DNA of 64,000 nt from assembly GCA_964106915.2 (NCBI GenBank), contig OZ066917.1. The stretch is one strand, 5' to 3'. Position 1 is the first letter of the stretch. The number at the start of each line of letters is the position of its first letter. The notes beneath the pieces were generated by a model, which saw nothing but the letters and a program-made list of their open reading frames with translations, searched no databases and was not told where the DNA came from. The DNA comes from Podarcis gaigeae. Lineage: Eukaryota. Made by a program: the position numbers and the translations under genes. Of this stretch, positions 36,810 through 50,689 are shown in pieces.

Positions 36810-38419
36810 CTGAAATGAAATATATAGATAGGGACATTTACAAGAATGACAGCTCATTGGTAAGTTGCAGTCCAGAGCTCCTAACGGGCTGACCAGTACT
36901 GTGTCTTCAAAATAGACTCAAAAACAAACATGAGCTCAGTGAATCACATTCTGTTATGTTAAAACCATCCCATAAAATCCTGGTCCTAGACTCAAGTTGC
37001 TAACACTTTCCCCAATCCTTCCGCAGTCAAGGGATTAATTAAGAAATTAATTCCATCTAGTCCAGCATTATTTTCTCTCCGTGGCCTATGCTGAGCGCAA
37101 CACTCTTCTGGACCATACCTGGGTCATACCAGGTATTCAGAGGCATACTGCCCCCAATGCCAGAGATAATACAGCCATTGTAACTAGTAGCTGTTGATGA
37201 TCTCCAGGAATTTGTCTAGACACCTTTGAAAACTCATAAGTTGGTGACCATCTGTACATCTTGGGGCTGCAAATCCCATAATTCAACTCTGTGTTGTGCT
37301 GAGAAGTACTTGCTTCCTGAATCTCCCACCATCCACCTTTCATGGGATGCCAATGCAGGCTTCCTAGTGACCTCTCATATAAACCCTTCCACTCACAAGG
37401 GCCGTCCCAAACTTTTCTGCCAATGATCCTTCTCTCTACTACTGCAGGGCTGCCTCTCATTGCAGGAGAGAATAGCCATAGTCACAGTCCCATGCACAGC
37501 CCTTGTACAACAGGCCTCTGTCTTCACCTTCCTTTTAGCATTAGAGCAGCTGGCTCTTATACTAAACAGGAAACCGAGCTGGCCACACATAGAGTCTTTA
37601 TGGCAGCAACATGGTGTAAGCTGCACGTGCAAGCTCATTCTCTCTTCTAGCAGGAGCCAACCAGAATCTCTTGATTCTAAACAGGAAAACAAGGTTAACC
37701 CTGCTTTCACATAGGACACTGCTGTGAAGAACTCATGTAGGTCGTGCTCTCTCCTCCTTCAAAGCCCACAAACCATCTGTCTCTAGACTTTAGGCCAGAA
37801 TAGGACCACTATATGTGTAGCCATTTCCCCATAACCACACAAGGCTTCCCTTGCTTATTGACTGATTTAAGAATTTAGAAATTGCTCTACAGTAAAAGAA
37901 TACCTGAGTGGTGTACAAAAATAGACTGGGTGGGATACTATGTTAGGCTAAGGGCATCATTTTGTCAGTACAAGCATTTCTGCTTTCCTGATAGAATGAT
38001 CTCCCTCTCCTCCTCTTGACTCTCCCAAGCAGATTTATGGAGGGTGCAGGGGGAGAGGTTCCATTGCACTAAAGGAATTTGTAGCACTGGCTTCTGCTGG
38101 AACAACCTGTGTTATTATGAAATATAATATGAATTTTTAAACAATATTCAAAATGTGAAGCCAGCTAGAATAAAATGTTGCAGAAATAAAAAGGGTGATT
38201 TGAGAAGAGCTTTTTTCATTGAATCATAGACCAGTAGAGTTGGAAGGGACCACAAACATCATCTAGTCCTGCCCCCTGCAATGTGGGAATGTTTTGCCCA
38301 GCAAAACCCACAACCCTGAGCTTAAGAGTCTCATGTTCTACCGACAGACCCATTCAGTCTCCTGCAAACATCCAACACACAGATTTCCTTCCATGGGTGT
38401 AAATCAACACTGAAAGCAA

Positions 38420-39030
38420 CCATTTTATATATTTCCAGTGCTTATAGATTTACACAGTATCCAAAGTGGTTTACACAACATCAAAAAATAAATAAATCGC
38501 AGTGTATTTAAAACAAAAACCACATGTAAAAGTGTAAGTTCCACAAATAGGCAGTGTTTAAACCAAACAATATTGGCAATAGCATTCTGGAGGGAAAGAA
38601 TTCCAGAGAACTGCTGCTACAATGCTAAAAAAAAACCCAACATGTTCAAGTCATGTCAGGCTTTACTGCACGAGCATGTGGCACTGTCAAGAAATCTTCA
38701 TCCACAGATCTAAGTGACTGGCTTATCAGCTATCCTGGTCCAGAACTGTAATATGGCCCAGGAGCAAACTGGAAATTCATGCAATGCTTTCAACAGAGGT
38801 GTCATATGTTGACAGGTTGCCCCACAGACCAACAATAGCTGCAGTTTCTGGACCAAATTCAAGTGTGTTCCAGTAATCAAGCCTAGAGGTTACCAATGCG
38901 TGGGCCACTTTCTCCAAGCCACCCCTGTCAAGAATGGTTGCAACTGCCAAACCAGCCCAAGCTGACAAAAAGCACTCTTGGACATGGAATACATCTGAGT
39001 TTCCAGTGGCAATGCCCCAATTACACAACT
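38420..39030 (-). mobile_element. L2-type LINE 3' fragment
   Basis: ORF 38777-39028 encodes 'LEKVAHALVTSRLDYWNTL', the L2 'HALVTSRLDYCN' motif. Boundaries are approximate. Confidence 0.7.
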
Positions 39031-40107
39031 ACCCAGAACAGCTGATGGACCAGTTTCCTGGACCTAGGAACCACTCACCCACAGGGCCTCCAACATGATT
39101 GGCAGCTGATTGCCTGGCACAATCCCCTCTCAGCAATGGGCATACACCTGGTTGGTTGGGAGATGATTGCCTGTGGTGAGCACCTATCAGATACTTGCTA
39201 CATTCCAGTTTTGGGCTATTGACATAATGGAGGAATGTGCAGGAGTAACATGCAAAAGGTAAAGTATGGGTGGGGCAATGGAAACACTCTTGAGTATTTC
39301 TGTACATATTATCAGAGCAGAGCACTGCCATCTCTTTCATAGCAAATAGGTAAGCCAGGTAAGCCAAAGGTTGCCTTACTCTAGACTTTAATCTAGTGAT
39401 TAAAAATAGAAGAATACACTTGAGAGTGCTGCCCTATCCAGAAACTCCTTAGAAGGTATGTTTCTTTCAAATTCTTAAAGTGGGGAAGCAGCAAAGCAAA
39501 ACCACTATTTTAATTAGTATGGAGAAGACCACACACTGAAAGACGAGAGTATATTCCAAATGGAATATAGTTAATCTAGTTAACTGGGAGGCGATCTACT
39601 GGATGCTGTAATTTCATTTGATATAAAACTGGATCTGCATGCTCCTCATTGTGGAGGGGCTGCCACCCACACTGTGCTTTGAAGTACCAACTCTTGGGGC
39701 TTCAAAGTGCAGCAGCATCTGACATCCCTAAGACCACCTGTTTAATTTGGTCCACCAGGAGAACAGATTAAGATCTGGTCCACCAGACAGAAAAGATTGT
39801 CCACTTCTGATTTAAACCTAACTCCTGAGACCCACTACTGATACCTCTATTGCCAGAAAATCTCACTGCCATTAACTCTCCACCCTTGCTAAGCTGGGGG
39901 AACTTGAGAGGACTCTGAACAAAAGGGGTAATGAATTTTAAAAATCCGCTTAGGATTTGCCCAGACTCTGGAGGAGTCCTAGTTGAATCTTGAGGGCAGA
40001 TCCATGAAATCTGGTCTCATTTAATTGTCTGTCCTATTATAATTATTTTATTTTATTTGTGAAATAAAAATCATTCAATTTCAAGAAGACATAAGTTTAG
40101 TACTTAC

Positions 40108-40164
40108 ATTATATAGGTCCTCTGAATTCTGAGAAGTTTGAGGTTCAGGAGAGCCTTTGCTTAT
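40108..40164 (-). CDS. CD247: CD247 exon 3
   Basis: ttccAG / GTaag, 57 nt; ISKGSPEPQTSQNSEDLYN (first Tyr of ITAM1). Confidence 0.9.
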
Positions 40165-42589
40165 CTGGAAAACACAAAGCCCATTTCTATCTCTGAATGT
40201 GACTTTAACAGGATAATTTCTGCTAGTGATTTATAAATGGTGCTTTATAAACCCACAACCCACACATTTCATGGCGATTCCAATATTCCAATATCTCTTG
40301 TTCCCAAATTCAAATAATGCCAGTTATGTAAGTGTATGAAAACTGCAAATTAAAAATGCACGTAAAAATGTAGATTCATCATAGAATTTCTAGATCTTTG
40401 GTCATCTTTTCCTAAACTCTCAGGAACTATGCATACATTGTGATATGCAGAACACCAAGCCGTTAAGAAGATCAAACATGTATTAGGATATTAATAGAGT
40501 ACTGAAAAGTTTCTCTGCAATGTTCTTGCAATCTTATCCTAACTTTATTTGCAGCTAAACAACCTCCTAGTGGCAATGGTAGAGATTTACCCATTTGTTG
40601 GTAAATGGAAAAACGGTTCCAAAGTAAGTATTGTTCATCAGGCACCTTTTAATGGCAGGTATGAAATCTCAAATTTCCAAGAGGGAAAGTGTTTTGTTTT
40701 GTTTTGTTGTTTTGTTTTTAATTAGTTATTACTAAAAGTTTTCTTGTGTAACAAAAAAAGTACATATAGCATCTCTACTTTCAGTTCATAGAATCTTTTT
40801 CACAGTTCGTTTACATTTGGTACGAGGTACCGTTGTCATAGACATTATGCGGGGGGCATAAGTGGCAGAAAAAACACTCATTTAACTTCTCTCACAAAAA
40901 ACATGAATGAATTCCAAATTCCTGCACCTCCCATCCTCAGAATGATGGGGAATTTCCAACACAGAACTATACCATATCACTTACGAAGTGCACCACATAA
41001 TCCCATAGAAGACGGAATGAAATGAATGGGTACACGTGGAAATAGATAAAACCAGAAACACCCCCACTACAGTGTACACAAGAGGGAAAGTTGCATTGAA
41101 GGTTGGCAACAGGATTGCATCTTCCCTTCTCTCTCTTTGTACTTCTTGTCTCTGTATACACTGCTTATCTGTGTGTGAATATGAATACAGAGTGGGAAAG
41201 GCAAAAGATTCAGTCTTTACATTGATAACTCAGCTTGCAAAGGCGTCACCTGAGGACCACAAACAGCAGCTGCCACCATTTCAAATGTATTTCATTAGGT
41301 TTGAAGGGATGGTTTTTGCTTTTCACTTGGCCAATATCTGAGGCTGGAAGCAAGCAGCTGGTTGTCAATTGACTTACTCCTCGATCAGAATCTCAGTGGT
41401 AAAACAGAGAAACCCTTTCACTGGGGTACTTTATCATGCCCTCCCTAATGATCACTATCTTGACTTGGCAATGGGCAGAAGTTTTGACTCCAGTAGTTAT
41501 AAACAATATGTATCAGGCAGTGGGAATGTAAACCAAATTCTTTACCCTCAGGCTACCTCATGAAAGGTTTCCAATGTTAAGGTCAGCTGTTTTCTGCTGG
41601 AGGCAAGCATCGCGGCCCCTTCTTGCCAATTTTGGCCACTGCCTATTTTCACTTCTTCATTTAAAGCTTTCTTCTTCTGTATTTAATGCCAGTGAGAAAA
41701 GGGACCAAGTTTTCTGACATACTGTTGCTTCCTGCTTATAGGTCAGCAGGGGGAACTTCCAGCCCATCTGCCTCATTAGGTCAGCCACACTTCTCCATTC
41801 GGCCCGCAAGGCCATTTCAGCCAAGCCACACCCACACAGGACTGAACTCTGCACATCAGCAGATACACAGGATATTCAGGTGTATATGGTTTCAGAGAGA
41901 AAAAAGTCTCTTGAGCCAAATGTAGAAGACTGGCAGGTGAAGTTTAGCTTGCAGGCCAGAGATTTCCCACCTGGTCCTAAGGAATCAATGAAGAGACCGC
42001 AAAGTGCCAGGCATCTCCAGTGACTTCTCAGGATACCCTCCTTCAGGAATGGGGAACCTGTGGTCCTCCAGATGTGGCTGGATTTCAACTGTCATCACCC
42101 CAGGTGCCCAAGTCAGCATGGCCAGTGGTCAGGGGTGATGGGAATTGTAGTCCAGCAAGGACACCGGTTTACCATCCTTGCACGACTTCCTTGTTCCATC
42201 TAGCGATCCCAGAAAGGGCTTGGGAGGATCTAGCAAGTTTAAATAAACCTACTGCTGAGTGGTGAGAAGTTCCTTAGCACAAGGCATCTTTGAATTCCTG
42301 AGGTTATACATGACTGTATAACCATTCAAAGCATTGTCCAGCATACCAGGTGCCCAATGGAATGCTCTGTTGAAATGCTGAAATTTCCAAACACCATGGT
42401 TCCTCAAATGGATCCAAGTGACCAACAGCTCATCAGTACTCATCCTTAATCTCAGGTTGGAAAAAGTGGGTGGAATTGGTGCAGGAAATTGAAGACACAG
42501 AGTTTACAAATAAAAATAAAGTTTCCCAGGTCATTCCTTGTATGTTTAAAATGGGAAGACACTTGATCTTTAAGAGGCTTAGGACTCAC

Positions 42590-42693
42590 CTTTAGTTTTA
42601 CGAAACAGGCTGTGATGATTATAGCATAAATCAAGAGGATCCCATCCAGAATGTAGCAGAGTCTTGGATCTGTCAGGCCTAGTGCATTGGCAT
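42590..42693 (-). CDS. CD247: CD247 (CD3 zeta) exon 2, ectodomain and transmembrane helix
   Basis: atgcAG / GTgag on minus, 104 nt phase 1/0; (D)ANALGLTDPRLCYILDGILLIYAIIITACFVKLK with the dimerisation Cys and the acidic TM Asp. Confidence 0.96.
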
Positions 42694-42829
42694 CTGCATT
42701 AAAAAACAAACAAACCCATGTGTTGATTATTGAGAAAGTTGCCCTGTACTGAGTCCAGAGTCAAACTACTGGTTCCCCTCACTCAGTATTGTCTACATTG
42801 ACTGGCAGTGGCTCTTCGTGGCTTCAAAT

Positions 42830-43020
42830 AGGTACTGCTCCAGCGGGAAGGTAAATGGTGTTTCCGTGTGCTGCTCTGGTTTGCCAGAAGCGGCTTAGTC
42901 ATGACCCGGAAGCTGTCTGCGGACAAACACTGGCTCCCTCGGCCTATAGAGCGAGATGAGCACCGCAACCCCAGAGTTGTCCGCGACTGGACCTAATAGT
43001 CAGGGGTACCTTTACCTTTA
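42830..43020 (+). mobile_element. 5'-truncated Sauria (Squam1-type) SINE
   Basis: Matches the 3' half of the full copies at 51731, 56347 and 60784; ends ggggtacctttacctttag. Confidence 0.85.
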
Positions 43021-43070
43021 GCGACTAGAGATCAATAATACAAATGCTAATTGGGCAAATTATCTAACAG

Positions 43071-43320
43071 AGCCAGTGTGGTGTAGTGGTTAAGAGCGGC
43101 AGTCACATAATCTGGGGAACCGGGTTCGTGTCTCCGCTCCTCCACATGCAACTGCTGGGTGACCTTGGGCCAGTCACACTTCTGTGAAGTCTCTCAGCCC
43201 CACTCACCTCACAGAGTGTTTGTTGTGGGGGAGGAAGGGAAAGGAGGTTGTTAGCCGCTTTGAGACTCCTGAAGGGGAGTGAAAGGCGGGATATCAAATC
43301 CAAACTCTTCTTCTTCTTCT
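43071..43320 (+). mobile_element. tRNA-derived Squam3-type SINE with (TCT)n tail
   Basis: Box A-like gtggtgtagtgg, box B-like ggttcgtgtc, (TCT)n tail, direct repeat TCTAACAG at 43063-43070 and 43321-43328. Confidence 0.8.
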
Positions 43321-46049
43321 TCTAACAGACAAAGAGGTTGATAGGTTTCTTAGAATGACCACCTCTGGGTTTCATTAGAGATGTGATTGAACAGTTCACA
43401 AGACAGTAACATTTGCATGAATCGGTACCAATGTGCTGTCCACATTGTGTCAGTCATATATTTTAACAAACAAATTTTTCTGCACTTTATTTTGGAGTAA
43501 AAAAAAACACCCATCAAGCCACAATTCTGGCTCAGCAAGCTCCCTAGATTGCGAGACCATGCTGGTTTTGTTGCTAAAAAACACCCCCTTATCTGACTGC
43601 TGGTTATCCCCCAGATGTGCTGTTTATAGTAACAGTTGCCTAGACTGAGATGCATATCCCCATCCCTATCTAAAGACTCATCCAGCCTGCTCAATGGTTC
43701 CTAGAGAAACACTGCAAAAAAGGATGCAAGTATACTCTATATCCATATTCACATTTGCCTGCTCTAGAGGAAAGATTATGGTGCTGTCTTTGAAACAGCA
43801 GAGAAAATCAGAGGTGGGGATTAGAGGAAAATTCAGTACTCAGCAACTCAGATCCAAATAAAGTCACACTAAAGTCCCAGTGAAAATATTCAAAAGAGTA
43901 TTGTGGCGCCTTAAAAATTTATTATGGCACAAGCTTTTGTGAATTCCAGTCTCATGACAATGATCAAACACCAACGGCCGCACTCTGGCTCTAACCCTTA
44001 ACTGGTCATTCTAGAACAAAGGAGCTTCCAAGGGAGACTGAAATGTGAAACTACTGAATTACAGTTCATCAAGAGACTCAGTGCTATTACTTGTGGACTC
44101 AATCAGGGCAGGGTTTTTTAATCACACTATGTGTCATTAATGGGCTTACCAATGTCAGGGTTTTCTCATCACCAACATCTTTTTTGTGAATGGCCAAATA
44201 GCCATTTGTATACTTTTATGCACTTTCATTGCCTTTTGATCTGGCTGTTTACAATTCCCTCCCCACTACCATGTGTATAGACACCTGCACTTCAGGATAA
44301 TGCTTAATGCATCTGATGAAGTCAACTGTACAAAAGCTGCTGCCATAATGAATGTATGAAGTCTTTTAAGGTGCTGCAAAATTCTTTGTTGGCTACTCCT
44401 CAGGAAAATGAAATTAATTGAACTTAAAACAATTGCATGAAATTGAGTATAGATTTCAATGGGATTAAAGCACAATCTCAATGAAGGCCAGTTAAAGGTT
44501 GATCAGAATAAACACGAGTATGTATCACATGGAACAAAGTCAAGTTACAGCAACATTTAAAGAGGACAGTCTCTCATACATGTACACTTTCATGTTTATG
44601 GCACATGTGATTGTTCTTCAGGAGTATTGGGCAGCTCTCTGGTTCACATATTAATACAAGAAATGAAAATTGCAATCCAATGCATGTCTACTCAAAAGAT
44701 CAAATGGAGCTCCCAGGTTAATGGGTATAGCAGTGGTTCTCAAACATTTTTCTCTGGGCCACGCTTTTAGAATAAAAATGTGCTCGCGCCGCACTTAATT
44801 ATTGATAAGAAATACATTTAGGATTATCCTCAGTATCACTTGATGCTTTTGTTCTTGTTTGGAAACGTTACCTATCCATGTTAATGACTGTTTTAAGCGA
44901 GTCCCATATGTGTGCAACCACGCATGCATGCATCGCACCGCACCAAACCTGGAAGTGACCAAAAAAATCCCAAAAAGTGTCTCTTGGTAAAAGTAAGCCT
45001 CTTGGCACGCTGTTTCATTGGTTTGTCATGACACGGTTTGATTTTATGTTTCAATCAAATGCAGTCATAACTTTCCATTCTTGGGGAAACTGCCCTACTC
45101 ATGCTGACTCCATTCCATGTGTGGAGAGGCTGTAGTTCAGTCATGGAGCACATGGTAGTGGGTTCAGTCTCTAGCTACAGCTGAGAAAAGCTTCTGTCTG
45201 AAGTGCCAGCGAGCCAGTGTCAGTAGGTGTAGACAGTACCAAGCTAGATGGAAAAAAACTGTCAATTTCTTTGCAATTGTCCAATTGTGGTTTAAAACAG
45301 TGCCATGAGGTGTAAGCGTCCTTTTCAGAGAAACCTGCTAAATGAAAATTTGCACATCTTAACAAAATACTGAACTCTTTCAGCCCTACTAGGAAGGGTA
45401 GCCCCCATAAGAGACAGGTTAAAAACAACAGCAGCAGTCTGTTTCCCAACAGATTAGCCTGCTGAAGTTTCATTGTAACAAGATAGTTTTGTTGAAGCAC
45501 GAGATTGGAAGTCACTATAAAGGAAAGGAAACCTGTGCGCTCGAGGTAAAATGGAGCTCAGCTTCTGACATCAGTGCAAAGAGTTCCCTTGGCTGTTTGT
45601 GGCATTCGGTGTGGTTACGCTAAGTGTTTACAGCCCCCCTCCACTCTGATCTGACAGCTGTGCCTCCTGCCTGCAAGGTTTCCTGAGTGCAACGTTTCCT
45701 CTACTAAGTTTCAAGACCAAGTGCAGCAAACGATTATGCCATAAAGCAGGGATGGGAAAGCTGTGGCTGTCCAGATTCAGCTACAGCTGATGAGTCTGGA
45801 ACAGAGGAAGTTGCCATACCTTGGCAGACCATTAGGACCCATCAAGCTCAGCATTGTCGGAGACCCACCTAAAAATGCTGGGTGTTGAACTGAGACCTTC
45901 TGCACACAAAGTGGATGTTCTATCACTGCTCTACCCTTGCTGAAATCCAACAACGCAGGGGAGGGGCACAGTAGTCCCCACCTCTGCAATGAGAGGTGCT
46001 CCTTTTTGTTGCTGATATTGTGATCACCAAGGATTAAGAGCCAGTAGAA

Positions 46050-46112
46050 GTGCCTGGCATGCTCTGGTCCATGGGGTCACAAAGAGTCGGACACGACTAA
46101 ACAACAACAACA
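46050..46112 (+). mobile_element. BovB/RTE-type 3' tail fragment
   Basis: gtccatggggtcacaaagagtcggacacgactaaac(aac)n, typical BovB-like 3' terminus. Confidence 0.7.
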
Positions 46113-48509
46113 AGGCTGAATGCAAACTCCAAGACGTGTAAGAAAAAGCGAGATTCTGAAGAGATGCAGGGCACAGTTTCCTTCCACTCTTGTAGACGTA
46201 CTTCTACATCTACAACACACTAAGAACCAAAGCAATAGGAAGCTTTCATAGAACAAGAAAAAGGGGACTGGAATTTAGAACAACTGTCTAGCCAAGAGCA
46301 AGCTGGGAGAGTTTCTTCTCAGCCAAGTTCTTAAAACACAAACACACACAAAAACCAACAGCATGTGAACACATGTCTTCCAGAAAGTCTAGGGGAAAGA
46401 TATGAACTTTGAAACCTGCCTTCATGCCACAGCAGCCATTCTTAACTTATTCATCTCTTGAGGGGGCTGGCAGCAGCATCAAACACACTTAGTCACATTC
46501 AGAGGAGGAGAAACACACACGCACATGCGCAGCTGTTTCAATTCTAGAAGACTAGAACCAAAAGAGATTCACAATGTTAGCAAATGAGAGCAGAGTTTGT
46601 GCAGAAGTAGGTGAGCCAGTTGAAATGCTGTCAAAGCCCCCACGAGCATTGTACAGAGGTGAACAATTCTCCCCATGGCCCATTTCCCCACACAGTCTCT
46701 GTGTAAGCATCCAACACATGGATTTCCTTCCCTGGGTGTAAATTTATTCCATAGCTTAATAAACAAATGCCTTTGCCACCCGTGACATTATAGTTGAACT
46801 TCATTTCATAGACTTGGGGGCAGACGGAACCCCACGGAACATGTAACTCTGGATGTTTTTAAAGCATAAACATGAATCAACACTGGGTCAATCTGAGCAG
46901 AGGTGCTGAGAAAATCAAATGTATATACTGCTTGAGACATAAGAATATTCCAGCTTAAAACCAGGAAACCAGGTTGAAAAGCTCCTCGGCTTCCTTAGAT
47001 CAGGACAAAGTCCACTCATTGTCCATATATTTGATTACATCCACAAAAATGTATGCCGTAATAGATTAGTTATTACTTGAGGTACTTTTTTGAAAGGATG
47101 GCTGGGGAAAAATTGGCTTTTCAGATGTTTGCCAGACAATATAGCTCCCATCATCACTGACGGGGGGCTAATGGGAGTTGGGGTCCAATAACATCTGGTG
47201 GTACAAAATGTCCCACCTCTGATCTATAATAATGCTCCAAATCATGATAGCAAACTTACTTCACTACTAGAAGCTAGACAAATTCATAGGCGGGGATAAA
47301 AATCAGGCCCTGCTGGGCCAAAATGGTTCCCACCTCTGGTCTGGATAAAACAGCCTTTATTTTTACAGGCTTGTTTGTTAATACTTTAATTTATTGTTCA
47401 TCCATGGCATGTGGGGGTGGGGTTTAAATGTTGTAAACCACTTTGGGTGAGCTTGCCCCCCCAAAAAAAACATTTTAAAAAATGATTAAATAACATAATG
47501 TCGCATAATCCCTCCAGTAAAGAGTTGGTGAAGAAGGGAGAACGTGGGAGTAGATCCAGCCCTTGCTTCTAAAAGAGCCACTCATCAGAAGTGTCACAGC
47601 TTTTCATATCAAATGAAAGAGCTCAAATCAATGCAAGAGGTTTCAGGGCACAAAGGCAAACTATATTGTATGTTAAATGAACCATTGCTTTCATGAACAA
47701 TCTTGTAAAGTTAAGGAATACGGTAGTTGGTTTTCCTCTTATTGCTTACTTCGAACATACGCAAACACTCATATCTGTTCTTTTCTGTGCTAGAGATCAT
47801 CACGTTGGTCTCTGAACAGCAAGTGGGACTTCTATATGAAAGATAGAAAATGTGACTTTTGCAGTAAGAGTTGTACAAGGGTAAGCTGATGCAGACTACA
47901 TTGTCATGTAAGTACACACACAAGATACTGCACGCACCATGCTATAAATGTATTATGCAATCACACAATAACAGTTCAAATGCTTTAAGAGGACTTTTTT
48001 TTTTATCCCATCTAGAAAGTGGAAGAGAATTATGGGCACTGCAAGCTGACAGAAAGGGCATTCTCTTCACATTACTAGGACATGGAAATCATGTTTTTTG
48101 CCATTGCAAAGGACGAGTTTCCTACCATCTACATGCAGGTCGTGAAATCTCAGGAAAATCAATTACCAAATTCAATCACCTAATTGAATTAGCTCAGAGT
48201 TTTCCATCTCCATATTAGCAGTTATTGTCCATCTTCCCAGCCCAGACTGTGATCTTCTCAAGGGGCACAATTACTTATGCTCAGCATCCACACCTTCTGA
48301 AAAAGTCAAGTACACCATTTTCCATAAATTCCATTTTCTTATCCTCCAACTTACTACTATACATACATAAATTTTATTTGTATGCCACCTTTTCGTAGTT
48401 CAAACAACGCTCAAGGCAGCTTACAACATAACAAAAGTAGTCATACTGTATCAGATTCAAGAGTCAAAACAGATAAAGGAAATGGTTAAGAAACATGAAG
48501 CAGAAAGTC

Positions 48510-49325
48510 GGAATGAATGGACAGCTCTCCCAAAGGAGGACTGTAGAAAGTGGAAGCCATCAAGGATCAGTATTAAGGCCTTGTTCATTAATGACCTGGA
48601 GAGTCATTAAGGCTTTATGCATTAAGGGTGAGCAGTGAGGTAGCAGTTTGCTGATGATACCAAATTGTTCAAGGTGGTTAAAACAGAAAGGGGCTGCAAG
48701 GAAAATAATCTTTTCAAACTGGGTGAAGGGAGTAAAATGGCAAATACAATTCAATTTAAGCAAGTGTAAAATTATGCATGGGGGGTGGGGAATCAATTTT
48801 ACACATATGTTCACAGAGTCTGAACTGGCAGTGACTGGCCAGGAATGAGACCTTCAGGTCATAACAGAGAGCTCAGTGCAGATGTTGACCTAGTGTGCAG
48901 CAGCTGTGAAAATCCTGTGCTTGTCCATATCATATGCCATTATACAAATCTATGGCATTGCCTCATAAAGGAGATTGCAGAGCTGGAAAAAAACTCAGAA
49001 AAGGGCAAGAAAAACAATCAAGGGGTTGGTTCAACTCTCCTGGGAGGAACATTTACAACATTTGTGGCTTTTTACTTTACAGAAAATGTGAATTGGAGAT
49101 GACATGAAAGAGGTGTATAAAATTATGCATAGTATGGAGAACATAGGTAGTGAGATGTTTCCTCCTCACACATAGAATGCTAGATTGGGATATCCAATGA
49201 AGCTGGATGTTGGGAGGTTCAGAACAGGCAAAAGTAAATACTTATTCATATAGCACATGGTTGAATAATGGAATTCACACCCACAAAAAGGTAGTGATGG
49301 ACACTAACCTGGAGCACTTTAAAAG
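48510..49325 (+). mobile_element. CR1-type LINE 3' fragment
   Basis: Relics of 'QGSVL.P..FINDL', 'FADDTKL', 'KWQIQFNLSKCKIMH'. Confidence 0.8.
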
Positions 49326-50689
49326 GCCTGAAAGAGGCAAGACAGCAGCAGTTTGGTGACAGGCAGGAGGTGGTCAGGGGTGACACCCACCGTATGCTAA
49401 GGCAGCAGATGGGTAAATACTGTAGTTACAAGTCAAGGATAGGGAACCTTAGACCCAAGGGCCTTATGCAGCGCTGGCTGGCCCTCAAAACTTTTCTTAG
49501 CTCACACACCTGGACCCAGATCTGCTTTTGCCTCTGGCCCGGTACAGCACTGGATGCAGCAGATATAGGCTGCCTATGGAGGAATATGACCCGTGGGCTG
49601 ACCCACCTCTCCCTACATTATATTCACTCACCTGCTGCTGACCCATTAAATGAAGACTGGGTTATATCACTGTACAGTGTCTTCTCGCTTCTCACGCAGA
49701 GAGCGAGAAGTGCGGCCGGAATAAATACAGCCACAATATTAGAAAAAAACTGTAGAGCAAAAATAGCTTCAGCCATTCCGACCTCAGCATCTACCCAGCA
49801 ACTTGATTCCTTTCATATTAAGGTAAGTTTAACTATTTTTAGGCCTTCAGAGGCCTTGTACAAAAGATAAGAACTGCAAAAAACAAACCCAACAACTTCA
49901 CTAGCCAAGTACATCCACACGTCAAGTGATGATTTGTGAGTATGAAATGAATATTCAACAATCTTTTCAAAATACCATGCAGTTATACAGCTAAAACCTT
50001 CACCCACAATGGTGAAAGGAATGCACATTTGGGTGGTTGAGGCTGCTGTTTTAAAAGCAGACACCACAGACCTGACGTAAAAGTGCTTCTCAGTATCTTG
50101 GCATATGCTTTTCTAAATGGACATTTAGTGTAAATTTCAATAACATTTCAAATTTTATTATATTGTGAATATGAACTGACGTTTTTGTTCTGGGGGTTCT
50201 TCTCCTGTTTTTCCGCCTTCTTTTTGTTGTGTGTGTGTGTTTTCTTTCTTTAATAAATCTATAATTTTTAAAATAAAATTTTGAAAAGAAATGGTGTAAA
50301 TTTAAAACCTTAAGATCCCCACATGTGACAAGAGCAGATGGATATATTTCATTATGGGGATATGCACTGGGATAAGCCTGTCATGTGCTGTGAAGATGAC
50401 CATGTCTGTGAAATCTATGGATATATGCAGCACAGAAAGGAGGTGGTCAGGAGAGAGAATTCCCCATAGACTCACTTCTCTCAGTGACAGAACTGGAGTT
50501 GGAACAAAAACTTTTAAACTCCATCCTCAAAATGAATAAGGCTGAGTTCAGAGAAAATATATTTCAGATGGGAGCATTCATGCAAAATATTTCTCTTTTA
50601 GAAAGAGTGGAATGCAGCTTCCCCCTGCACCAACAAAATGTAGAAGAAAAAAACTGCCTCCTCTGTCCCTTTTGTGCCTCCCCTAATAT

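Noticed and set aside
9520-43418. Octamer motifs ATGCAAAT/ATTTGCAT at 9520, 24000, 34042 and 43411 suggesting Oct-1 autoregulation
   Set aside because: Four hits in 64 kb of AT-rich DNA is about what chance gives, and the 9520 hit appears to lie in a SINE-like relic.
49370-49870. Longest ORF in the track (166 aa, +)
   Set aside because: It starts at GTG, has no recognisable domain, and overlaps repeat-like intronic sequence.
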